A stretch of 36,707 bases of DNA from assembly GCF_001194135.2 (NCBI RefSeq), contig NC_068984.1:9939869-9976575 (forward strand). Direction: 5' to 3'. This document shows, piece by piece, positions 1 through 9,716 of this stretch. The number at the start of each line of letters is the position of its first letter. Position 1 is the first letter of the stretch. Made by a program: the position numbers and the translations under genes. Below the pieces are notes generated by a model. The model worked only from the letters and a program-made list of their open reading frames with translations, searched no databases and was not told the DNA's origin. The DNA comes from Octopus bimaculoides. Taxonomy: Eukaryota.

Positions 1-46
<46 letters not shown>

Positions 47-56
47 CACACACACA
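1..56. repeat. (CA)n microsatellite
   Basis: Near-pure CA run at the window start. Confidence 0.98.
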
Positions 57-687
57 TTGCTTTTGTGTCTCAGTCAAAGGAGAAATGACAGTGGTAACAC
101 ATTTGAACTTTATTGAAGGCCTCCGAGGAAAGAGACCAGGAAGAGGGAAGTTATCTTTAATATAAATAACACTAACTTTATTGATCTCTATTGTCTGCCC
201 CCATCGAATCATCATTAATGTCTAAGAAGTGTTAAATGCCGGGGATAGTAGGGCATCAGTCGACATTAGGGATAATCTGGGGTCACGACACTGTTTTAAT
301 TACACAGCTAATACCTTTAGTAAGGCTTACTAAATACAGTCATTACTAAGTACTCTTATTAAATGAAGGGTTTTGAACCCAGCCTAAAGTTCATATTGCT
401 AGATTATAACATGATTAAACATTATCATTATGAACACAAACTTGTTACCAGTTCAAATATACTTGAGGCGTATTCGAACCCGTAAGCCATTTACTGTATT
501 TTGTCATGAAGATAAATCGGTATAAACATACCGAGTCGGCTCACAGTGTTTCCTAACTAGACTGTTGGATGCATTCATTTCGGAGTGGTTGTCTTTTCTT
601 CAGCAACAGAGACTGGAAAGGGAAGCGCTGGGAACTGACACGAGAGACATGTCCCTCGAATGATATTTCAGTCATTGTTCAAACCGG

Positions 688-882
688 AAAAATGATTCAG
701 AATCCTTGTCCGGTACCGGATCGATCTCAAAATTTAATCAGTTCATGCCAGTCACGAGGCGAAACGTCCCTGAAAGTTTCATCCGAATCCATCCAGCGGT
801 TCTTGAGATATCTTGTCCACGGACAAACAAACAAATACGACTGAAAACAATACCTCTGCCTTCGCTAAGGAGGAGGTAATAA
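688..882 (-). mobile_element. Truncated DINE-1/HINE-like (Helentron-associated) non-autonomous element
   Basis: Terminal hairpin acctctgccttcgctaaggaggaggt and (CAAA)n microsatellite. About 60 nt (776-835) are identical to the longer copy at 32804-33163. Confidence 0.7.
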
Positions 883-1461
883 TTTTAGAAATTCATTTTT
901 GAAATCAATCAAAGAAAAGAAGAATACAGTAGGGTTATCAGTTCCAACGTGACGAAAGTATTCAGTACAAGGATGAATAAAATACTTATGAAGATGAAGA
1001 ATACATTTTGACTAACGATAATGGAAAGTTTGATATAGAAAACCCACCTTAATAATAACTAATTTAGCAATAAATCTAATATAACCATTAAATCCACCGG
1101 AATATTTATATCGTGTAATCACATTACCTCACTTGAAACGATTACGTTGTATAATATAATTATTCCAAGTAAGGTGTTTAGAAGTTATGCTTAAAGATGG
1201 AGACTAGAAGACTCAGGAAAGACAATGTCGTACATAGAAATAGGAATATCATCAAAGTTCTTGGAATGATTGTACACGATGTTCTTAAAAGGAAGAGAAA
1301 GTCCATCCCACTTACGCTCCTGTTTAGGCCTGGGTTTAACACGAGACAATCAATGGTTCGCAACATTTGCGACGACGAGAGTGACTGTCGAACATAACGA
1401 ATATCGCACAGTATTTCTGTTCGAAATCACCGGTTTAAAAGTTCTCTCATCAACGTTACGT

Positions 1462-1557
1462 CTTACGACGACAAGGGTTCCAATTGATCTGATCAACGGA
1501 ACAGCCTGCTCGTGAAATTAACGTTAATTTCACGAACAGGCTGTTCCGTTGATTGGA
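1462..1557. repeat. Fold-back palindrome of two SINE-C 3' tails
   Basis: Arms 1492-1522 and 1523-1553 match at 30/31 positions with no spacer. Both arms match the tail of the SINE at 17384-17696 (cgttaatttcacgagcaggctgttccg). Confidence 0.9.
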
Positions 1558-2126
1558 ACGCCATGAGATAATATTAACACTGGGTATATACGAACATAGA
1601 AAGGCAATATTTTATCTCAGAGAAACTCCTGAAAGAGTTTTGCGATATTAAAGACATAGGGTTTCGTTCAAGATTTCTATATGGAAAGCAGTATTTTCAG
1701 TTTGGCCCAAGTATTAGTCATTGAGGAGACCAAATTAAGTCGAAACACGTGTGTGTGGCGATCCACTGGCGTTCTGAGCTAAGCCTTGTATTTTTAACAC
1801 ACAAGTCTCTTTGAGATGTTTCTCTGAAACAATATTACAGCTAGTGCCAGTCTACGTTTGTATATACATTATACATGCTATAGAAACTGGCATGTCATTT
1901 ATTTAAAATACAAAGGTCTCTCTATTGTTGACGATTACTTCAGCTCACAGTTCAAAAACACAATGCTGTTGTATACATTTCCTTAAAAAATATATCAATG
2001 CAATTATGCCCTGATAGAATATCATGAAAATTAAACCAAGAACACCAACAAGGCCTAAGAAGAAATGCATTTTGCAATAACTGCTGAAGAATTTATTCGT
2101 ATCACTAGAATATTCAATATGTTTAT

Positions 2127-2552
2127 GGCGGTGAGCTAGCAGAAACGTTAGCACGCCGGGCGAAATGCTTAGCGGTATTTCGTCTGTCTTTACGTTCTGA
2201 GTTCAAATTCCGCCGAGGTCGACTTTGCCTTTCATCCTTCAGGATCGATAAATTAAGTACCAGTTACGCACTGGGGTCGATGTAATCGACTTAATCACTT
2301 TGTCTGTCTTTGTTTGTCCCCTCTATGTCTAGCCCCTTATGGGCAATAAAAAAATAAGAAACGTTAGCACGCCGGGTGAAACGCTTAGCGGTATTTCGTC
2401 TGCCGTTACGTTCTGAGTTCAAATCCCGCCAAAGTCGACTTTGCACTTTCATCCCTTCGGTGTCGATAAATTAAGTACCAGTTGCGTACTGGGTCGATCT
2501 AATCGACGGGCTCTCTCCCCAAAAGTTTCGGGCCTTGTGCCTGGAGTTGAAA
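2127..2552 (+). mobile_element. Dimeric tRNA-derived SINE (family A) with 20-bp TSD
   Basis: Head ggcggtgagctagcag, B-box gagttcaaattcc, second monomer from about 2357. Flanked by agaatattcaatatgtttat (2107-2126) and agaatattgaatatgttcat (2553-2572). Confidence 0.88.
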
Positions 2553-2610
2553 AGAATATTGAATATGTTCATTGTAAAACGCCCTTACTCTTCCTCTCAT
2601 TATAATGTAA

Positions 2611-2654
2611 CTTTGTCACGTTAATTCTTTGCACGTTAATTCTTTGCACGTTAG
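2611..2654. repeat. 15-bp tandem repeat (ctttgcacgttaatt) x~3
   Basis: Three adjacent copies read directly from the sequence. Confidence 0.85.
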
Positions 2655-2689
2655 GATGGGTGAGAGTTTGTAACGTGGATTGGTAAAAT

Positions 2690-2882
2690 CGTTTGAACTT
2701 CCGGATAAAAACACTTTGCCGGCATCATACGTTCTACGTTCAAATCTACGTTCTAGGTAAATGTTCTTTTCCATTCTTTCGGGCTAATTAAAATTTGGTA
2801 CCTGTCAAATGATAGAATGGGTGTAATTTGACTAAACTCCTCCACTCGAAATTGCTGGTTTTATGTCTAATTAGAAATCATT
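2690..2882 (+). mobile_element. Degenerate SINE family A
   Basis: tacgttctacgttcaaat, cattctttcggg and cgaaattgctgg...tagaaatcatta follow the family A motif order. Confidence 0.6.
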
Positions 2883-3065
2883 AAGGACGGGGGATTAGAA
2901 GAATCACTAGAGCATGGGGTCAGCTTTACTTTTCAAGGTTTGTAATATAAAGTGCCATGAGTAATGGGGTCAATGAACCCACCAAAACCCTTGCTTCAAA
3001 ACCACTGGAGATGTACCGAAATTATTATTACCATTTCAATTGCCAAAGTGAAGGCTGTAGATTAT

Positions 3066-3225
3066 AGAATTTGTTAGTGTGACGAACAAAATATCTTACG
3101 ACATTTAATTCAAATACTTTGCGGCGTTCTGAGTTCAAATTCCGCGAAGATCAACTTTGATTTTCTTCCGTCCAAGATCGATAAAATAAAGTACCAATCA
3201 AGTACTTAGATAGAACCGATTAAAC
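3066..3225 (+). mobile_element. Degenerate SINE family A
   Basis: cgttctgagttcaaattccgc followed by gatcgataaaataaagtacc. Confidence 0.7.
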
Positions 3226-3275
3226 TAGATTCTTCTCCAATATTTCTTAGCAATTAATATCGATCACAATGGAAT

Positions 3276-3468
3276 GGCGGTAATCTGGCAGGCTCGTTAG
3301 CTTTTTGCAGTATTTCTTTCCACACTTTACGTTCTGAGTTCAAATCCCGTTGAGGACAGCTTTTTTTTTCATCCTTTCGGAAGTCGATAAAGTAAGCGTC
3401 AAATACTGGGGGTTTTGGTAATCAACTAACAGCACCCCCCGACAAATATTGCTGGCTTTGTGCTTAAG
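3276..3468 (+). mobile_element. Degenerate SINE family A
   Basis: ggcggtaatctggcag head, ttacgttctgagttcaaatccc B-box, tcatcctttcgga and aattgctggc-like tail. Confidence 0.75.
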
Positions 3469-3526
3469 CCAACGTCTTTTATCGATCATTTACGACTTCC
3501 AACTATATTGCGTACATATAAAATAA

Positions 3527-3669
3527 TGTGTGTGTTTGTGTGTGTGTGTGTGTGTGCATGAGTATATGTATGTCTATCAATCAATTAATCTATCTATTTG
3601 TGTCTCCCCCTCTTTCTCTCTGTTCACACACGCACATCTTTTGTATATGTATGTATATCTATCTATCTA

Positions 3670-3762
<93 letters not shown>
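3527..3762. repeat. Compound microsatellite (TG)n / (TCTG)n / (TCTA)n
   Basis: Read directly from the sequence. Confidence 0.95.
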
Positions 3763-3924
3763 ACATAATGCACTTTCGTTTCCTAGCCGTTACTCACAAG
3801 CGCAAATATGACCTAGTTTTTGGTGACTATATAGTGCGGGCGTGAGAAAACGCAGCTACGCTTTAGGCTGTCGCACTTTTGATCCAGCAGAACATTCAGG
3901 AAGTGACAGCCGAAGGGAAAGAAG

Positions 3925-4080
3925 GATTTACAAGCAGTCGGCTGGAATTGATTTTTAGCTGAGAAGCCTGGGGCAATGTGAAATGAATAGTCTTGCTTAA
4001 GGATACAATGCATTCCTCGGTACAGGGATCGAACAATGTTATGATCGAGAGTCTAACACGGAAACTGTGGGCCACACGCC
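3925..4080 (-). mobile_element. tRNA-derived SINE family C, 5' half
   Basis: Reverse complement reads ggcgtgtggccc...gttcgatccc...tgtatccttaagcaagact...ctcagct, colinear with 17387-17520. Confidence 0.65.
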
Positions 4081-4085
4081 GGTTA

Positions 4086-4172
4086 CTATGTATGTATGTA
4101 TGTGTGTGTGTGTGTGTATACACACATAATACATATATATATACATACGTATATATATATATATATACATAC

Positions 4173-4245
<73 letters not shown>

Positions 4246-4310
4246 CATACTTGCATACACACACACACGCGCACGCACACACACATACACACATACATAT
4301 ACCCACACCA
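4086..4310. repeat. Compound (TG)n/(TA)n/(CA)n microsatellite
   Basis: Read directly from the sequence. Confidence 0.95.
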
Positions 4311-4641
4311 TTTTAAACACGAAACAATACATTGGATATTCTATTCCTGGGTATATTTCTCCCCATGTCCATCTCGGAAGTCGACGAGATAGTCATTTCT
4401 GGATTGGTTTTAGACCAGTCTTGATTTAGCAGGCAACCTGTGATCGAAAGTGTTACTGCTGTCAATATATCGTCTTTTATTCGGGCATAGTGCATCTAGG
4501 TCTATACTATTCAATGCGACCTTCCCTTTTTCTGTTGTTTTAAGACAGTTGGTGTGAGATTTGACTGCTATTTTATTGAATGACAAATTCCTTTTGGCGC
4601 CAATTGTTGTGTTGTGAGCCCCGGTGCATTCNNNNNNNNNN

Positions 4642-4730
4642 CCTCCTCTTCCCTCTCCTCCTCTTCCCTCTCCTCCTCTTCCCTCTCCTCCTCTTCCATC
4701 TCCTCCTCTCCCCTCCGCTCCTCCTCTTCA
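4642..4730. repeat. CT-rich 15-bp minisatellite (cctcctcttccctct)n after a 10-N gap (4632-4641)
   Basis: Read directly from the sequence. Confidence 0.9.
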
Positions 4731-5040
4731 TCATTTAACGTCCATCTTACATACTGGCATGGACTGGACGATTTGCCGGTATCCGAGAGATCCGAAGACT
4801 GTATCGTGTTCCAACGTCTGCTTTTTATAATATTCATTTATTGGCAGCAAGTCACAGTATACATAAATTAACAACAGGCCTTTGGCTCCGTGGGGCTCCC
4901 GGCAACTGTCCTTCATGTCTATGTCCCATGCCGTAAAAGGTATCTGACGGATTGTCCAACAAATGGCGTAGAGTTTGCTCATGTTTTCTTTTTATATTTT
5001 GGGTTGTTTCTTTTATGCAGTGTATATACATTATTTACAT

Positions 5041-5188
5041 CATTTACATTTGACGGATATGTGTCCTCATCTTGTTTGCTGTTACCACAACGTTTCGGTT
5101 GATTTACTCTCCAGCCTTCATCAGGTGTCCTGGTAGGATTTTTGTGGTAACAGCAAACAAGATGAGGACATATCTGTCTAATGTAAAT
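5041..5188 (-). mobile_element. Penelope-like pLTR remnant: about 48-bp inverted repeats enclosing a hammerhead-ribozyme-like motif
   Basis: IR arms at 5041-5090 and 5142-5188. The minus strand reads CAC-CTGATGA-A-GGCTG-(10 nt)-CAACC-GAAA-CGTT-GTG. Confidence 0.6.
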
Positions 5189-5954
5189 AATGTAAATAAT
5201 GTACAGAATTCCTCACCTCTAAAATATACAACATCGTATATACGTTATATTTTATGCGTCGAATATGATCTTAGCAAATATAATTGATAGGTTCCAATTT
5301 AAAAAATAGTATGGGAATCGATGCTCGTATATCGTAGAGACAAGTTTGCTATTCATCACACATTATTGTCAGAGGAGCAAGCGTTACCTTGAACTTTTAA
5401 TCAATTTTTTTTTCATCTAACGTTTCAAGAATATTCAAAGAAAAATACTACCAAAAAACAACCAAAAGTCTTACAAAACAAGATTCCAGAACGGTCAAGA
5501 AAACTAAACAAGAAATTAACAGAGTTTATATTTCTTACCATATTTTTTTCAGCTACACCAACTACCATCCATGGTATACACATACGACAGTCGTAGTCAA
5601 TACTATCTTGCCACCAGCTGCGGCAAAGGATTAAGCTCGGATTTCACCGCAATTTAAACCTACTGTGTATGAAACCAAATCAGAAATAATCTCACCATAA
5701 TCAACCAATCATCTCTCAGTTTGCTATTCGTTTGAAGAGAAGCTGCTTAATACCTTTGTGTGGTGACTATCATTTAAATCCTGAGGGTATTAAATATGTA
5801 TTTATCATGTATTTGTAGTCATATATTTAATAACACCAACATGAGGCAGAGAGATTTAGGTTGTTTGAAATTAGTTTTTATTTTATTGAATATTATGAAA
5901 TAACGTTCAGTAATAAAAAGATTGTGCAATATTAACAGCGTCCAAGACGACTGT

Positions 5955-6111
5955 GGGTGAGAGAAGGAGGGGAGAAGGAGGAAAGAGGGGAGAGAAGAAG
6001 AGAAGAGGAGAGAGAGAGGGAAAGAGAGGGAACGAGAGGGGAGAGATAGGGGAGGAGAAGAAAGAGAAGAGGAAAGACAGCACGAAAGAGAAAAGAAGAG
6101 ACATAAATGGA

Positions 6112-6149
<38 letters not shown>

Positions 6150-6177
6150 TCTATCTCTCTCTCTCCCTCTATCTCTC
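5955..6177. repeat. GA-rich low-complexity tract followed by (CT)n
   Basis: Read directly; runs into an N gap. Confidence 0.9.
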
Positions 6178-6970
6178 NNNNNNNNNNNNNNNNNNNNNNN
6201 NNNNNNNNNNNNNNNNNNNNNNNNNNNNNNNNNNNNNNNNNNNNNNNNNNNNNNNNNNNNNNNNNNNNNNNNNNNNNNNNNNNNNNNNNNNNNNNNNNNN
6301 NNNNNNNNNNNNNNNNNNNNNNNNNNNNNNNNNNNNNNNNNNNNNNNNNNNNNNNNNNNNNNNNNNNNNNNNNNNNNNNNNNNNNNNNNNNNNNNNNNNN
6401 NNNNNNNNNNNNNNNNNNNNNNNNNNNNNNNNNNNNNNNNNNNNNNNNNNNNNNNNNNNNNNNNNNNNNNNNNNNNNNNNNNNNNNNNNNNNNNNNNNNN
6501 NNNNNNNNNNNNNNNNNNNNNNNNNNNNNNNNNNNNNNNNNNNNNNNNNNNNNNNNNNNNNNNNNNNNNNNNNNNNNNNNNNNNNNNNNNNNNNNNNNNN
6601 NNNNNNNNNNNNNNNNNNNNNNNNNNNNNNNNNNNNNNNNNNNNNNNNNNNNNNNNNNNNNNNNNNNNNNNNNNNNNNNNNNNNNNNNNNNNNNNNNNNN
6701 NNNNNNNNNNNNNNNNNNNNNNNNNNNNNNNNNNNNNNNNNNNNNNNNNNNNNNNNNNNNNNNNNNNNNNNNNNNNNNNNNNNNNNNNNNNNNNNNNNNN
6801 NNNNNNNNNNNNNNNNNNNNNNNNNNNNNNNNNNNNNNNNNNNNNNNNNNNNNNNNNNNNNNNNNNNNNNNNNNNNNNNNNNNNNNNNNNNNNNNNNNNN
6901 NNNNNNNNNNNNNNNNNNNNNNNNNNNNNNNNNNNNNNNNNNNNNNNNNNNNNNNNNNNNNNNNNNNNNN
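6178..6970. other. Assembly gap (N run)
   Basis: Ns. Other gaps: 4632-4641, 8534-8550, 10312-10482, 23341-23958, 29672-30253, 35340-36082. Confidence 1.
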
Positions 6971-7260
6971 TTTGCTACCAGTGGTCAAGCGAGAAGAAAA
7001 AACTAGTCAATAGACTATATATTATTCATATAAATACAGTGTTCATTTAAACACATTGGAGAGATGTCCATAATCGGATATCTAACCCGCTAGAAGGAGC
7101 AGTCAAACTTCTAACTACAATTAGGGATAATTTCGAAAGGGAATGAAAAATAAAAACATTTGCCATCTATTTCCTGAACCATGAATAATTTGCAAGGCCA
7201 GCTATCATCAGCAGGAAAGCCAAGATTAACACATAAATACGAGGCAATACATAGAACATG

Positions 7261-7428
7261 CCTCGTGCTGGAGTTTGACATTCTGTGTCATGCTGAACCT
7301 CACCTGAAAACTATGTTAAAGGAACGAGTGTCTGTGGAGCGCTCAACTACTTGCAAGTTAATTTCACGAAGAGGTTGCTCCGCTAATCGGCTCAACTGGG
7401 AAACTCATCGTTGTATCTGACCGAGTGC
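7261..7428 (+). mobile_element. SINE family C, 3' half (degenerate)
   Basis: gtgtctgtggagcgctcaactacttgcaagttaatttcacga aligns with 17592-17640. Confidence 0.75.
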
Positions 7429-7490
7429 TATATATATATATACACACACATGTACATACATACATACATACATACATACATACATACATG

Positions 7491-7529
<39 letters not shown>

Positions 7530-8262
7530 GTGTGCGTATGTGTGTGTGTGTACCTATATATGTATATGTATAAAAACTTAGATAAAACTTAGATGTTTCG
7601 ACCAAAGAGTGGTCCAGGCCATGTCTAACTTAATCGCACCACCCGATAGGATTATCTAAATCCTTTTAAATCAAGTTTTGTGGTATCATGGCCCATTCGA
7701 ATAGGGAGTTCTTGTTGAGTGAGTTGTATCCAGGTATAGGTGGCTTATCTGGTATTCTTTGAAGAAATATGTCCAGATTCCGTTTAAATGTCATGGGATC
7801 CTTTTCCTCTTTGATGTGTTTTGGGACAATGTTAAATATAGCAGGGACTGTTGATGAACAGAAATTGTGTTGCAGTGTATTTATGTGTTGTGATCCTGAA
7901 TTGGGCAGGGGACTTATGGCTCGTGGTCCTAGCCTTGGATGAATTTTGAAGCTAATGCTGAGGTCGTTTGGGCAATACTGGCGGTATATTCTCCACATCG
8001 TACAAATGATGTATTGCTCGCGGCGGCGCTGGAGAGAATAGAGTTTCAATGCTTTGAGGCGAGATCAGTCATGCCTTCAATTCGTTTAGTGAGTGCCCTC
8101 TGAGGTGATTCAATTTTCAAGATGTTTTGCTTTGTATAGGGAGACCACAGGGGGCAGCAGTATTCGAGATGTGTCCGTACAAAGGAATAAAGCCGAATGA
8201 TGACACCTTGTTCTCTGAACCGGAAAGTTCTTAAGATCCAGGAGCTCATCCTACGAGCTATA

Positions 8263-9013
8263 GGGCTTTCCTATAAGTAGGTTATCTCCCTTGGCTAGGC
8301 AGCGCTCCATGTAGATAATTAAACTTCCGGAGGCTACCCACGCCATTGTTATTGTTTTACGTCTTATCATGGATATAAAGCAGCTTGATGATTCAGCTAT
8401 CGAAGTACTTACTGTGCCTGAGTTAAAGAAATATTTAAGATTATATGGACAGTATGTTACTGGAAGAAAGGCGGACTTGACTGAAAGGTTGAAAGGAATA
8501 AAAATTCTGTCGATGAAGAATGTCAGCAAAGTANNNNNNNNNNNNNNNNNCAAAGTAAATTCATCGGATGATAAGTCTGAAGTATCGGACGATACTTCAG
8601 ACAGGAATAAGCAGAAGCTTATATCTCCTCTCGGTGAAGTATTGCCTGATCTAAAGATCTTTGTAAGTTGCCGAATTTCACAGATAATGACATAATTACC
8701 TCGTGCTACGGATGAAAGCAAAGCAACAGTTAAGGAGTGGCATATTTTACCACGACAGACACGTACACAGCATCGAATACCACGATGTGAGTGAAAGCTG
8801 CTCTCACTGTATTGTCCGGTGTCTGGTAATCCCTTCGATACCGACATCAAACCAAAAAAAGAATCCTGACCCCAGAGTGTGGGTAATTATGTCAAATGTC
8901 ACTGGCAATGTGCATTCAGCTGATTGCAACTGTTAAAGCAAGTCACTGAGCATGCGTACATGTCATACGGGAGAGTTCCAATCAGGGGTGGATAACACCT
9001 TATAGGAAAGCCC
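8263..9013 (+). mobile_element. Internally deleted TIR DNA transposon carrying SAP and SWIM-finger coding remnants (PHIS/ISL2EU-like by inference)
   Basis: Perfect 15-bp TIR GGGCTTTCCTATAAG (8263-8277 / 8999-9013). It splits LINE codons V-D-I/A-R-R. The duplication is 2-3 bp and AT-rich (AT or ATA). Confidence 0.8.
8369..8936 (+). pseudogene. SAP domain plus N-terminal SWIM-type (CxC) protein fragment, frameshifted and truncated
   Basis: LTVPELKKYLRLYGQYVTGRKADLTERL (8408-8491) fits the SAP consensus. After a frameshift, ...RVWVIMSNVTGNVHSADCNC ends at the first CxC of a SWIM finger. Confidence 0.7.
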
Positions 9014-9089
9014 AATATCGACCTTATTGTTGACGTAGGCACTCCAACTGAGATCGTTATCAACAATTACTCCTAGGTCTCTAATATTA

Positions 9090-9716
9090 TTAGATGCTGT
9101 GAGAGGTTTCCCTAAAGGAAGAGAATATGGTTGTTTTAGCAGTCTTTTTTCCAAAATGCATCAGCTCAAATTTTCCCTCGTTTAGTTGCATTTTGTTTTT
9201 GTCTGCCCATTGACTCACGGCATGTAGATCAGACTCAAGTTGAGTTCGGTCTTCTTCTTCATTGATGATTTTCTGGAGCTTAGTGTCGTCAGCAAATATT
9301 TTCATTTTGCTGTGTTTTACGACGCTAGAAAGGTCGTTTATATAGATTATAAAGAAAAACGGGCCCAGGACAGTCCCCTGAGGGACACTACTGGTGACCT
9401 TTGCTAGGCTTGAGTGAACTCCATCGACCACAACATGTGTTCTGTTCGCCAGGAAATACTCAATCCAGTGTAGAAGTTTTCCACGGATTCCAACATTTGC
9501 CAATTTTGAGAGTAAAATATGGTCAACTCTGTCGAACGCTTTACTGAAGTCAAGATATATGATATCAGAATTCGAACCTGTTCCCGAGCTTTTAAGTATA
9601 TCATTGATGTGGTGTAAGAGCTGTGTTAGACAGTCCCTGCCACAGCGAAAGTCATGCTGGTTTGAATTTAAGAGTTTGTGGTTATCCAGGAAGCCAGTTA
9701 TCCTTGATCTTACCAC
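9090..9716 (-). pseudogene. LINE reverse transcriptase core (disabled ORF2 segment)
   Basis: 208-aa ORF with NQHDFR, YLDFSKAFD, PQGTVLGP and FADD. Flanking segments are in other frames with stops. Confidence 0.92.

Noticed and set aside
3528-4392. ORFs of 70-136 aa (CVCV, YIYI, LSIY)
   Set aside because: These are translations of stop-free microsatellites, not genes.
5819-7050. Long ORFs spanning N gaps (also 23268-24129, 29546-30274, 35214-36257)
   Set aside because: They appear open only because Ns translate as X.
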